DNA of 64,000 bases from Mytilus trossulus (GCF_036588685.1 NC_086373.1:27590001-27654000); one strand, 5' to 3'. Shown: positions 1 through 11,081, counted from the first letter of the stretch. The notes: generated from the letters alone by a model not told the origin. Numbers and translations: made by a program.

Positions 1-643
1 TTTATATATTTTAATCACAAAGGGTTAGAAATTCATGTTTTGCGGAACTTTTGCATATTCTTAGTTCAAATCTTTGATTCTTGCCTCACCTTTTGCATCG
101 AACTGAAAGATGAACTTCATAGTGACATGAATATCTTACGATCCATTTACTGCATAACTTTCGTTTGATTAAATTGGCTTCCGTCTTTCCAGTGTGTAGC
201 GTCTCCGATCAATTGTCCACACATGTGAATTAATCTTTCCAAACAGTTTTTGTTACAGATAAGATCAAAGTAAAATTGCAAAATTATCAAACTCATAGAA
301 CATCCGAAAAGGAAAGTCCCTTATTGAATGGCAACATCAAAAGCTTAATCACATCAAACGAATAGAAAACAACTGTCATATTCATAACATTTCCGTGTGT
401 ATAGAAAATACTTTTGCTTGGTCAATAATGGAGAATAACTCTTTTAAGTTAAAGTAATTGGTTGATTGATTGTTTGTTTTTGTCCAACACTATGAAAATA
501 ATCAACAAGTTCTTATTTTGTCTTGTATTTTGTCACTGAATATGATTTTTATACTTTCATTTTGTAGTGACTATCACGACATACATCAAACCAGACAAGT
601 GGATCAAACAAGGAATAACCTTTAATAAAATCAAGCAAGGTTC

Positions 644-775
644 AACCTGAGTGACTGGCAGGGTTTGTGTTGCACGAACCTGAGTGACTGGCAGGGTTTG
701 TGTTGCACGAACCTGAGTGACTGGCAGGGTTTGTGTTGCACGAACCTGAGTGACTGGCAGGGTTTGTGTTGCACG
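644..775. repeat. 33-bp minisatellite, 4 identical copies
   Basis: AACCTGAGTGACTGGCAGGGTTTGTGTTGCACG x4, read directly. Confidence 0.95.
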
Positions 776-934
776 ACTTTATATTTTTAGTGGTGTTCTG
801 TTTGATGAAAGTTGTTTGTTTGTTTGTTTGATTTGGTCAACTTTGATTTGGTTTTTTTTTCTTCGAATAATTATATGTTTTCTGCTGACAAATCAAGCTA
901 AGACATTAACAGGAAAACCTACAGACTAAAATAT

Positions 935-1070
935 AAAAAAGAAGATGTGGTATGATTGCCACTGAGACAACTTACCACAAGAGACCATCATGACACAGAT
1001 ATTAACAACTATAGGTCGTCGTTCGCAAAGCTCATACCAGACATAGTCGGCTATAAAAGGCCCCGAAATG
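935..1070. mobile_element. Fragment of dispersed repeat family 'GAAGATGTGGTATGATTGCCAATGAGACAAC'
   Basis: Similar sequence recurs at ~1940, ~29875-30570 and, inverted, at ~54490-54710. Confidence 0.7.
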
Positions 1071-1127
1071 AAAGTCTTTATTTCAGAGATCAAATCCTTT
1101 AATAGTTTTAAATAAGTTACTTAATAA

Positions 1128-1492
1128 TTATTACATTAGATGTATGTTTCATTACAATACGTTATTCTGATTGGCTAATTGCACATCACATGTTATTCCG
1201 TAAGCAATTGCATGAGACAATAACATTTCATTCATGATGACACGAGGTCCCACAATAAAGTGCACAGGTGAATTTAAAAATTAAACTGCATGAAAATGGT
1301 GATTTTATAATCCTAGCTAAAAAATGTAATTATAAGTATTGAATGCTTCTTTTTGTAACTTTATAGGGTTGTAAAAGCGTTGACCGTGCGTACATTTTTA
1401 GAATGAAGCGCGGAAGCGCTTCATACAAAATGTACTTCGGTCAACGCTTTTACACCCCAATAAATTTACAATAAGAAGCATTCAATTCTTAA
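1128..1492. mobile_element. Non-autonomous element ending in a long imperfect hairpin (possibly Crypton-type)
   Basis: ATTGGCT box near the start; ~80-bp imperfect inverted arms 1333-1491 centred on GAAGCGC-GGAA-GCGCTTC; family assignment is inference. Confidence 0.5.
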
Positions 1493-1783
1493 GTATTTCT
1501 ATGATACGTATCTGGTAACTGACTTTAAAAACGGCTAAACTACTTTTAAATTTGTTTACATTTATGAATAAAAATCCACGAATGAGTCACTATGGTATAG
1601 CGCACCCTCGAAAGTGTATTGAAATATGCCCATGTTTATATTTATTATTTAGTAAATATCTATGCTTGAAATCGTCGATATTGTTAATGATTGCTTGCAT
1701 TGCATATATGTTATTCTTCATTGAGTTACTACTGAATTTCATAATGTATGTGTACAAACAAGAAATCTGCCGATTTTCGTTTA

Positions 1784-3146
1784 CAGCCGATTTCTTTGAG
1801 TGGTGTAGGGAAAGGCAGAATCTTTGGTATGCTTGCTTGTTAGCGGAACCATGAAGTAATTATTATGATATATAAACTATCCTCCTTTAAGAGTAGCCTA
1901 GTCCGACAGATATAACTAACGTATCTTTCTGTAAATAGATATAGGAAGATGTGGTGTGAGTGTCAATGAGATAACTCTCCATCCAAATAACAATTTAAAA
2001 AGTAAACCATTATAGGTTAAAGTACGGCTTTCAACACGGAGCCTTGGCTCACACCGAACAACAAGCTATAAAGGGCCCCAAAATTACTAGTGTAAAATCA
2101 TTAAAACGGGATAACCAACGGTCTAATCTATATAAACAAAACGAGAAACACGTATATATTACATAAACAAACGACAACTACTGTACATCAGATTCCTGAC
2201 TCAAGACAGGTGCAAACATTTGCAGCGGGATTAAACGTTTAAATGGATCCAAACCTTCTCCCTTTTTCTGAAACAATAGCAAAACATCACAACATAGAAA
2301 AACACACGATAAAATATCAATTGGCAGACTTAACTCAATCAAAAAACGTATGATTACACAATGAACGAATAAATTTGATATCTGAATACAAATGCACAAT
2401 TAATTAAATATTAGAGACAAACATGATTCATGACCAAAAAGCTAACAAACAAATTCAAATAAAGCCATGGCAGGACACCACTGAGAAATATTTAACCCTT
2501 CGAAAATATTGATCAATATTCACTTTAGAAACAAACCGGTTTTAAAAAAAATAATTATAATCTTGAAGTTTATACAAATGTAGTCAGAAAAAGTGAAAAA
2601 TTGAAGACATTACAAATAATCAAAGCTGGTGTACAGACAAGATCCATATAAATAAAAAAATAATAAAAAATAACAAAAAAGCATTATAAACAGCATCAAC
2701 AGGTCGAATTAACATGAAAATACGATATGAGAGTACTGGCAGTTACTTACAGCTAGTTAAAAGCCCAAACCAATAAATAATAAAAAAAAAATCATGCATC
2801 AGAGACTAAAATCAACTAAAACACATCCCAGGGATTTAGTATTTTAACGTCATTAATAGACATGACTTGTGCAATGCCAACAATAAATGTATCGGTAGTG
2901 GGATAGTGAAGAGCGACTTCTATAGAAATAAAAATTAACGTGTCTGTGTCTCTATACATCTCGCCTTAAAAGATAATGAAATTTAGTTATGTTTAAATTT
3001 GCTAATGACAAAATCAATAGAAGTGCCTGTAAGACTACTTCGAAACAAGGGTAGTATACCTTACCTAGTAATGACTGCACGGTTCAGCTAACAAGTAAGC
3101 TAACCAAGGATTCTATCTTTCCATCAACACTCAATGAAATCGGCTG
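1784..3146. mobile_element. TA-flanked MITE with long TIRs (CAG...CTG termini, Tc1/mariner-like) carrying a nested insertion
   Basis: TA|CAGCCGATTTCTTTGAGTG ... CACTCAATGAAATCGGCTG|TA; an uninterrupted relative lies at 53110-53382. Confidence 0.75.
1935..2893. mobile_element. Dispersed repeat (GAAGATGTGG family) nested in the MITE
   Basis: Colinear similarity to 29875-30570 (GAGATAACTCTCC, CTATAAAGGGCCCC, CCTGACT..GACAGG, GACTTGTGCAATGCCAA). Confidence 0.7.
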
Positions 3147-3147
3147 T

Positions 3148-3415
3148 AAATAGTTATCAAAAGTACCAGGATTATAATTTTATACGCCAGACGCGCGTTT
3201 CGTCTACATAAGACTCATCAGTGACGCTCAGATCAAAATAGTTAAAAAGCCAAACAAATACAAAGTTGAAGAGCATTGAGGACCCAAAATTCCAAAAAGT
3301 TGTGCCAAATACGGCTAAGGTAATCTACTCCTGGGGTAAGAAAATCCTTAGTTTTTCGAATAATTCAAAGTTTTGTAAACAGAAAATTTATAAAAATGAC
3401 CATATAAATCATTCC
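3148..3415 (-). mobile_element. Hammerhead-carrying ~350-bp repeat (retrozyme / Penelope-type), partial monomer
   Basis: Near-identical to 3488-3740; contains an intact hammerhead core on the minus strand. Confidence 0.85.
3184..3227 (-). ncRNA. Type I hammerhead ribozyme (intact core)
   Basis: Minus strand reads GCGUCA-CUGAUGA-GUCU(UAUGU)AGAC-GAAA-CGCGCG-UC/UGGCGU. This gives both conserved boxes, a 4-bp stem II, a minimal palindromic stem III, a GUC cleavage triplet and stem I GCGUCA:UGGCGU. Confidence 0.9.
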
Positions 3416-3487
3416 ATATTCGTAGCATTGAAAAAACAAAAGTGTACACCATATTCTTTAATAATCGTTTTGTTGTCAATATCATAA

Positions 3488-3910
3488 TTAGTTATCAAAG
3501 GTACCAGGATTATAATTTAGTACGCCAGACGCGCGTTTCGTCTACATAAGACTCATCAGTGACGCTCATATCAAAATATTTGTAAAGCCAAACAAGTAAA
3601 AAGTTGAAGAGCGTTGAGGATCCAAAAGTCCAAAAAATTGTGCCAAATACGGCTAAGGTAAACTATGCCTGGGATAAGAAAATCCTTAGTTTTTCGGTAA
3701 TTCAAAGTTTTGTAAATAGGAATTTATAAAATGACCACATTTTTTATATCCATGTCAACACCGAAGTGTTGACTACTGGGTTGGTGATACCTTCGGGGAC
3801 GAAACGTCCACCAGCAGTGGCATCGATCCAGTGTTGTAAATAGTTATCAAAGGTACCAGGATTATAATTTAGTCTACAATAGACTCATCAGTGACGCTCA
3901 TATCAAAATA
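3488..3910 (-). mobile_element. Retrozyme-like repeat: full 352-bp monomer plus the start of a second head-to-tail copy
   Basis: TAGTTATCAAAGGTACCAGG at 3489 and again at 3841 (period 352 bp); in the second copy the GAAA/stem III part of the hammerhead is deleted. Confidence 0.85.
3522..3565 (-). ncRNA. Type I hammerhead ribozyme (intact core)
   Basis: Same 44-nt sequence as 3184-3227. Confidence 0.9.
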
Positions 3911-3982
3911 TTATAAATGATCAATATCTGACTGTTTTAATCTCATTGAAGGAAGTAGATACATGAATTAGTTATAAAAAAA

Positions 3983-5308
3983 TTATGAAAACAAAGGAAA
4001 ATCTAGTACAATTCCAAGAATATACAATAAATGTGCTACTACCATATAAAGTGCACTGAAAATGCCAAAAACAAAGTCAAGTTCTTCTCCGACATTCTTC
4101 CAGGTAATCTCCTCTTTAGAGGTAAAAGAGTTGATTTCCTCACTATTCGTTCCTCTATACTGATACTCTGATCCGTAGAGTTTTATTTTACTGATATCCA
4201 AACTATCATTGCTTTCATGTTTGTCTGTATTCTCGTCACCTTTACCTTTCGCCCCTTTCCTGCAGCAGCAACCGCATCTAAGTACACGACAAATCTTCAC
4301 AAATCTTTCTCCAAGATATGAAACGGGAATATTTTCATCACGCAGATAATAACGTAGACTTGTAATGACTAGTATAACAATTACGCCACTAAATGCGACG
4401 TCAGCAAAAAGAAGAATTGATAATGTTGGTATTTGTGGATCTGAGATTGCCGGAAGACCAGAGGCGGAAATTGTTAGAAATACGGCAATAGCCAACAATA
4501 CTGTAATAGAAAATCCAACGCGTTCTCCTGAATCTGCTGGTAGTAGAAAGACAAATGGATTAAGAATACACATAAGAACTATTGGCAGTATTAGGTTGAA
4601 AACAAAAAACATAGGCTTTCTCTTCAGTTTCATATGAAAATTTGCCACCTGTGGAACGGCAATTTTGGTCAGATTCGTTTCAACCAAATCCCATGTTTTA
4701 TGTGGGACAAACCATTCAGTTATAAAAGCTGTTGGCCATAATATTACCTCTTTTTCGTCATATGTTGATAAAACAAATGCTAAAGTACATGTTTGTGTAT
4801 CGAATGGATAATCTGTAACATCAGCTTGGCATGAAATATCGAATGCATCGCTTGGAAACCAATCAATTTGTCCAGTATAATGCACCCTCTTTACACTATC
4901 ATCTTTATATAATATTTTTTGTTCTCCATACGGATTTGACATTATAAAGGTTGGTTTCCAAAATAATTCTTCATTGAATGTAAAGGAAGAAGCGCCATAT
5001 TCGCTAGGATCCCATGACACAGTATTGTCTCTCCACTGAACTCCAAAAAATCCATTTAAACTTAATTTTCCGGCAACTTCGTCGAATTCCTGAATATAAG
5101 TCATATGAAAATAAAAGTAAATTATAACAGGTTCGTCCCATTTGTTGACAGGTCTCACCTCTTTGTTTCTTCCATTTGTCACATTTTGTATAAGTTCCTG
5201 TATAGGTTTGTATTCCTCCTTTTTCGATTTATCTTCTTTCTCTTCATCAGCATTGGTATTTAGTAGAAATGATAATATTATAATGATAGAGCACCAATAA
5301 GAAAACAT
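3983..5308 (-). CDS. Intronless Cys-loop ligand-gated ion channel, divergent non-alpha nAChR-like subunit (441 aa)
   Basis: Signal peptide; VRPV, FDEV and WKP motifs; Cys-loop CQADVTDYPFDTQTC; KRKP-M1; PADSGER-M2; four TM segments; no vicinal cysteines. Confidence 0.93.
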   Translation of the reverse strand: MFSYWCSIIIILSFLLNTNADEEKEDKSKKEEYKPIQELIQNVTNGRNKEVRPVNKWDEPVIIYFYFHMTYIQEFDEVAGKLSLNGFFGVQWRDNTVSWDPSEYGASSFTFNEELFWKPTFIMSNPYGEQKILYKDDSVKRVHYTGQIDWFPSDAFDISCQADVTDYPFDTQTCTLAFVLSTYDEKEVILWPTAFITEWFVPHKTWDLVETNLTKIAVPQVANFHMKLKRKPMFFVFNLILPIVLMCILNPFVFLLPADSGERVGFSITVLLAIAVFLTISASGLPAISDPQIPTLSILLFADVAFSGVIVILVITSLRYYLRDENIPVSYLGERFVKICRVLRCGCCCRKGAKGKGDENTDKHESNDSLDISKIKLYGSEYQYRGTNSEEINSFTSKEEITWKNVGEELDFVFGIFSALYMVVAHLLYILGIVLDFPLFS

Positions 5309-6159
5309 TTTTACAACTCGCGTTTAAATTAAATCCAGTTTAAAATGAATCGTAGTAAATTGTTTAGTAAATATTTTTACGTTAATACCGTATTCATAAT
5401 ACCTATTCATGTGTGAAACACTCAAGAAGGCTTATTAAAGGTTATCTAATTACAATGAATGTTTGTCACTCTTACCCTTTAAAGCTTTTATCGTCTTTAT
5501 CCTTATGTAAAAAAAAAAGAATTTAGCGATAGTTATTATATATTGTTTAGTTAAGTATTTCTCCAAATACTTTTAAATAAACGATAATTTAATAGTTTTC
5601 TGGTGATTTCTGTTGGCATGCTAACCAATTTTGTTTAACTGATCTATTAATGTCTAATGGTTAAATGTAACCATATTTTTTTAACAAACAAATTGTTGTT
5701 TATACATATGACAAGCCACACCATAAAATATTTACACCGTTATTGGCAGTGGGTTGCTAAGTTATACAAAATGAAAAGTAATTTGTCCGGTTTTCCACTT
5801 ACCAACTTAAGGATGGTTCCTCCTCTATTTTTTTAATATTTGCCAGATTTTAAGAATCCACTGGTTTTATCCATGTATTAACATTTAAAAAATGTGCCTA
5901 GTAACCCCTACTTTTCTTTTCATGATTTTATAACATAAAGTTTAAAACGACATATTTCAAAATTTGATAAAATCTTTTTTTTCCATAGTTTTCCAACGTT
6001 AAATGTATAAAAAAGTCTAGACAGAATTATTTTCAGCCATTTCAATGGCTTATATCTGAAAAACAAAAACAAAAAACACATACTTTCTTTTTTTCTGCTT
6101 TTTATTTTTTTTATAAAAACTATCCATTCATAGCAGTCTTTTAAAAATCTTGTTTGTTT

Positions 6160-6887
6160 TTGTCTCGCCTTGACGGAGTCAAAAAGCGAGATAAAGATAT
6201 GCTGTTTCCGGCGTCGGCGACGACGATATCAAAAATGTATTAGTTTGTGATTAGGTCTAGTTTATGGTGAACCACACGTGATAGGTCAATCATATTTGGT
6301 ATGCAGTTGTATAAGCACTGGCACACCTAATTTCCTTGGAGATTATTTAGCTCTGTCCCCTCAGTTATGGTTTATTGACTTTGATTTTTTTCTCTATGTT
6401 ATCATGTATTAGTTTGTGATTAAGTCAGTTCAAGGGGAACCATTAGTGGTAGGCCAATGTTAATTGGTATTCAGTTGTATAAGCATTGGCACATCTCATT
6501 TCTATATATTTGGCCTCGACCCTCAGTCACAGTCTAATGACCTTGAACCTTATCTTAGTTTACATGTATTACTTTGTGCTTAGATCAGTTTAAGATGAAC
6601 TGCTAATGTAAAGTCAATTTTATTTGGTATGCAAATTTATTGGCATTTGCAAGTATCGTTTCCACGGAGATTATATAGCCCCACCCCTCTTCATGGTTCA
6701 TTGACCCTAAACCTTTTACATAGTTTACATGTTCATGTTTGTATTAAGGTTTGGGAACAACTTATAATAAGTCAATGGTATTTGGTAAGCAGTTGTATTG
6801 GCATCGGCACATCTCATTTACATGGAGATTGTTTAGCCATGTAACTCAGTCAGGGTTCATTGACATATCTCTGTGATAACAGTTTTT
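6160..6887 (+). mobile_element. Helentron/HINE-like non-autonomous element with four ~165-170-bp internal tandem units
   Basis: T-rich flank; 5' inverted TCTCGC..GCGAGA; CGGCGT/CGA microsatellite; units starting near 6237, 6406, 6566 and 6739; 3' hairpin CTGT-GATA-ACAG followed by Ts. Confidence 0.65.
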
Positions 6888-7014
6888 AATCAGAGTAGCT
6901 CACATCCTTAAACCAATACTCTAAGTTTCCATAACTTCCAATAGTCACATATAAGGAGTATAGTTGTCTTTTAAAATGTATCTGAGATTCTGCTTAGACT
7001 GTATCATCAGCGTA

Positions 7015-7235
7015 TAAATAAACTCATCAGAGACACCAGGTTTAAAAATTTATTTATACGTCAGTATTGTTTTCAGTAAATTTATAATTATGAACATATC
7101 AATAATAATTCAAAACAATACAGAGTGCTGACTACTGGGTTTGTGATACCCTCGGGGAAATAAATCTCCACCAGCTGTGTTATCGACCCAGTTGTTTTAA
7201 ATAAACTCATCATAGATACCAGGATTAAAAATTGA
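7015..7235 (-). mobile_element. Decayed retrozyme-like repeat (hammerhead deleted)
   Basis: AATAAACTCATCA..ACCAGG start occurs twice; GACTACTGGG..CCACCAGC block present. Confidence 0.75.
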
Positions 7236-7257
7236 TATAAAAGGACAGACAATTTTA

Positions 7258-7352
7258 AATAAAAGAGGGACGAAAGATACCAAAGGGACAGTCAAACTCC
7301 TAAATCTAAAACAAACTGACAACGCCATGGCTAAAAATGAAAAAGACAAACA
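7258..7352. mobile_element. Dispersed repeat fragment (AAAGAGGGACGAAAGATACCA family)
   Basis: Second copy at ~53630-53800. Confidence 0.65.
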
Positions 7353-7849
7353 CACCTTCTTTATTATTATTATTCTCTGAAAACATTTAAAAAAAAAAGG
7401 AAAGGAGAGATAATTCAGAGAGGTTGTCTCCCTGGAACTCCAATGGAACAAGGGAAAAGATCCGACTACTCTGATCAAAAGTGTGAATATGTAATTTGAT
7501 ATTCTTGTACATGTTGACAGTAACGGTTTTAATCGACTGTTTTTATGTTTTAATCAGAGCCCAGACTACAAAATGCACAATACAGTTTCTTGTTGTTTGT
7601 TTTGAACAACTCAAATAGTAAATTTACAAAAAAAATCCACTATAGAACAATATTTTATGAAGCCCACCTTATTTTCTTTTCATATCAATTCATCATCCAA
7701 CAAAGAACTAAATCTGTAATTTGAGACAGGGGTTGACAGTTAAGTTTGGTAATTGTACAAAATGCCTCTAACTTGAGATGTTCGACGTAAAATTAAACAG
7801 CTGCCTTGTGTTGTTCTCAATCCGTTAATATATATAACTTATATTATAT

Positions 7850-8320
7850 ATGGTGTAGCATTCTACTGTTTTCATTGGCTATGACGATCACAGGTATTCG
7901 AAGCCTCGCTTCTATCTTAAGGTATCTTGATGCTTTTTTCTGTTTCTATGTATATTGACGACCAGAATAAAAACAAATCTTGCTAAATTTTGATTTGTGA
8001 CGTCATTACGTCAAACATAACAACCATGGACGAAGCGCCGCAGCAGACGAAAAGAAAATTTCCAAGTTTAAATGCAGACTTTTAAGATTCAAGAAAGTAA
8101 TACAACAAGATATGAAGTTGTTCAAAGAATATGATATTTTAATGTTAACATTATTGCAAAATGCGATTTAAAAATTCACCGACAGAACACTGATACAGGA
8201 CTTTCACTCAATACGTTATATAATGGACCTGTTAGATCATATTGACAATCGGTTAATATAATCTGAACAGGTCCATATATAACATATTGATCTCGTACAA
8301 AGTCAATAATTGATAAATAA
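7850..8320 (+). mobile_element. Hairpin-ended relic element, possibly Crypton-derived
   Basis: ATTGGCT box; short decayed ORF start MDEAPQQTKRKFPSL; imperfect inverted repeat 8199-8304; same layout as 1128-1492. Confidence 0.4.
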
Positions 8321-8501
8321 TCATAAATAAATAATCAGCAGATGCACAATAATATTTTACGCTTCTAACAACAAAATATCATGATGAATTTTTCATGTAC
8401 TGTTTTTTTTTTTTGGATTCGGTAAAATATTTTTACTTAGGAAAAGATCTATCTCTCTCTCTCCAATTGTGTTTGTATTTCATGCTTCAGAGATCAAAAA
8501 C

Positions 8502-8559
8502 AAACGCGCGTCTGGCGTAAATATAAAATTTCAATCCTGGTATCTATGATGAGTTTATT
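8502..8559 (+). mobile_element. 3' stub of retrozyme-like repeat
   Basis: AAACGCGCGTCTGGCGT...CCTGGTATCTATGATGAGTTTATT. Confidence 0.75.
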
Positions 8560-9134
8560 CACCCCCATCTCATATGTAAGAATTTGTGTAGGTCTGACGA
8601 TCCAGTTTTCCGTGAAGACAGTCAGAGTACGACTAAATGGCAAACTAAATTTTTGACAGTTTAAATTTCCATTCTTTGAAATCAATTTTACGATTTTACA
8701 GAGTATGTTTTCTATAGAAAAGCTAAAAATCTAAATAGAAAGAGAGTATCGATGTATTTCTTCCAAATAATTAACTTTCATAAGTTTTAACTGCATTATC
8801 AGGAGATAACACTTTAATTTTAATAATAAATTTATTACACGAGAGATGGCCTAGTTCTGCCTGATGTTGTAATGAAATATTTTAATGATATCGTATTAGT
8901 GTAAGTGCGACTGCTAAGCTGACTGTATTTTTTTTCGTTTTTCAAAATTAAAAAAGTGTTAAAAACTATTTGAAAAAATATAATTTTCAATTGATTTTCA
9001 CAATGTCAGAGATGTATTCTATTGATTATGTTAAATTATAATTTCAAATTGTGAAATATCAAACAGTTGCATTCCAGGTTCATTCCGTTGCCTGTAAGAT
9101 TATTCATAATTACTTGATTGTGGAAGGATTAAAG

Positions 9135-10337
9135 ATGCTTGTTTTTATCATTTGTTTTTCTACTGTCAGTTTTTCTTTATGTCAAAACTCAAGTGATTTC
9201 AAAGCTCTGAAAAAGGAGCTATTCTTTTCAAAGGAATATGATAAAGATTCAAAACCTGTACAAGATTATAAGAGTACCATCTACGTAAATGTTGAATTGA
9301 CATTAAACTCACTTATAACACTCGATGAAGTTCAACAAAGATTAACAACTATTGGATACCTTCATATTAGCTGGTATGATGAGTTCCTAACATGGGACCG
9401 AACACAATATGGAGACTTAGATTATATATACCTTCCTCAGTCAAGCATCTGGAAACCGGATATAACTTTACAAGATAGTTATACAGAGATGGAAGAGCTA
9501 GGTTCCGATTTGATTTTGGCGACAATCAAACATGATGGTAGTGTCAGTTGGACACCATTTCAAGTGTTTAATTCATACTGCCCAGTCTCAATGACATTCT
9601 TTCCATTTGACAGGCAAACTTGTGAATTTGTTTTCGGAGCTTGGAGTATGCAAATGAACGATATTTCCCTTCTCATAACAAATGTATCAGGAATAGCATT
9701 AGAGCGCTCTATAAAGGAAAATACAATTTGGACGGTTGTTTCCACCTCAGTAAAAGCAACACAGTACCATGAAGAATCTAGAGTGATATTTTCTATCACA
9801 TTACAGAGGAAACCGTTGTATGTAATGATGCATTTAGTCCTCCCGTTAGTCCTATTAACACTTTTGAATCTGTTTACATTTGCCATACCTGCTGATAGTG
9901 GTGAACGCATGGGTTACACGGTAACCGTTTGGTTGTCCTTCGGTGTATTCCTTACTCTTGTTGGACAGTCTCTTCCAGAGAGTTCGGAATCCATATCTTT
10001 TATGGATATATTTATAGTGATGCAGCTTTTCCAAAGCACACTGGTAGTGTTACTTTCAGCCGTTTTATCCAGATTAATCGCTCGAAATGGACAGACATTT
10101 ATTTCGTCATGTCTCCTAAAACGCATTGTCACCTATAAGAGAGGAAAGAGTGTGAACACAGCATCGGAGATAAAGAACGATGAAAAGGAAACTCAAATTT
10201 ACATTACCTGGAAAGAGTATGTGTCCACTATTGATTTCTGCGTGTTTTGGTGTTTGCTGTCAATATGCATCCTACTGATAACTGCACTTTCATTCTACAC
10301 TGTTTACAAAGCTGAATATACGCTTTCAGGGGAATGA
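9135..10337 (+). CDS. Intronless non-alpha nAChR-like subunit (400 aa), paralog A
   Basis: First ATG at 9135 opens a signal peptide (the ORF-track start 9051 is GTG); WKPDITL; Cys-loop CPVSMTFFPFDRQTC; FGAW; PADSGER; four TMs. Confidence 0.93.
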   Translation: MLVFIICFSTVSFSLCQNSSDFKALKKELFFSKEYDKDSKPVQDYKSTIYVNVELTLNSLITLDEVQQRLTTIGYLHISWYDEFLTWDRTQYGDLDYIYLPQSSIWKPDITLQDSYTEMEELGSDLILATIKHDGSVSWTPFQVFNSYCPVSMTFFPFDRQTCEFVFGAWSMQMNDISLLITNVSGIALERSIKENTIWTVVSTSVKATQYHEESRVIFSITLQRKPLYVMMHLVLPLVLLTLLNLFTFAIPADSGERMGYTVTVWLSFGVFLTLVGQSLPESSESISFMDIFIVMQLFQSTLVVLLSAVLSRLIARNGQTFISSCLLKRIVTYKRGKSVNTASEIKNDEKETQIYITWKEYVSTIDFCVFWCLLSICILLITALSFYTVYKAEYTLSGE

Positions 10338-11081
10338 ACAAAATTCCTATCACAAACCGTACACGTACTTCAGAAAAGGGACTGCAATTTAATTTAGTCA
10401 TATACGTTTTTATTCATTCTTTTATCCGTGTGGCTTTAGTGTAAGATATATGAGGAGATGGAATTAGTAGAAACAAAGCCTGGCATTTTGTTTAATTTAT
10501 AATTGTATTGTACCGCTTTCATCAACATTTTTGATTACACAAATGAATATTCAGTGTTGGCGCACAAACATGATGTACATATGACTGATCGTTAGCTTTA
10601 TATTGTAATTCTCTTTTTTCTTTTCTCTTGTATTCTTAGTTTCAATACTCATTCTTGCCATACGCTTGTTGTCTTCTATTAGCTTTATTACTTTTTTTCT
10701 TCATAATTTAAGGAACAACTCATTAGAGGATTACATTTTCTATTAAATTTAAGCGTTATGCTTATACACTTTCTCTTCAAATGATGACTTTATTCAGAAA
10801 TGACTTGCCTGTTACCTTTAGTACGTTTTTAGATAGAACGTTCACATCAATGCACTATTGATGACGTCGATTAGTTTAAAACCAGTTAGATCATGAACGT
10901 ATATGTGTAATGACACTTCAATTGTTAGATAAAGGTATACCGAATATCCTGGTAAAAAAATATCGAACTTTTGATTACCAAGTACCAAACTCCAATTTGT
11001 ATCGTGATGTCTAAAGACTTATCATTACTTAATAACATATGTCATCTATCGAGGCAAAATTATAGCGAGACCCTCACAGCT

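Noticed and set aside
3266-3487. Recurrent small ORFs such as MKSIEDPKF (3266, 12413) and their antisense versions (13738, 19390)
   Set aside because: They lie in the retrozyme repeat, and frames and stops are not conserved among copies
9071-9077. Possible 5' UTR splice acceptor (TTCCAG) that reads TTCCTG in paralog B
   Set aside because: Weak pyrimidine tract and no identifiable upstream exon; cannot be supported without transcripts
9051-9134. N-terminal extensions in the ORF track (9051 and 15214 starts)
   Set aside because: They start at GTG and TTG; the signal peptides begin at ATG 9135 and 15286
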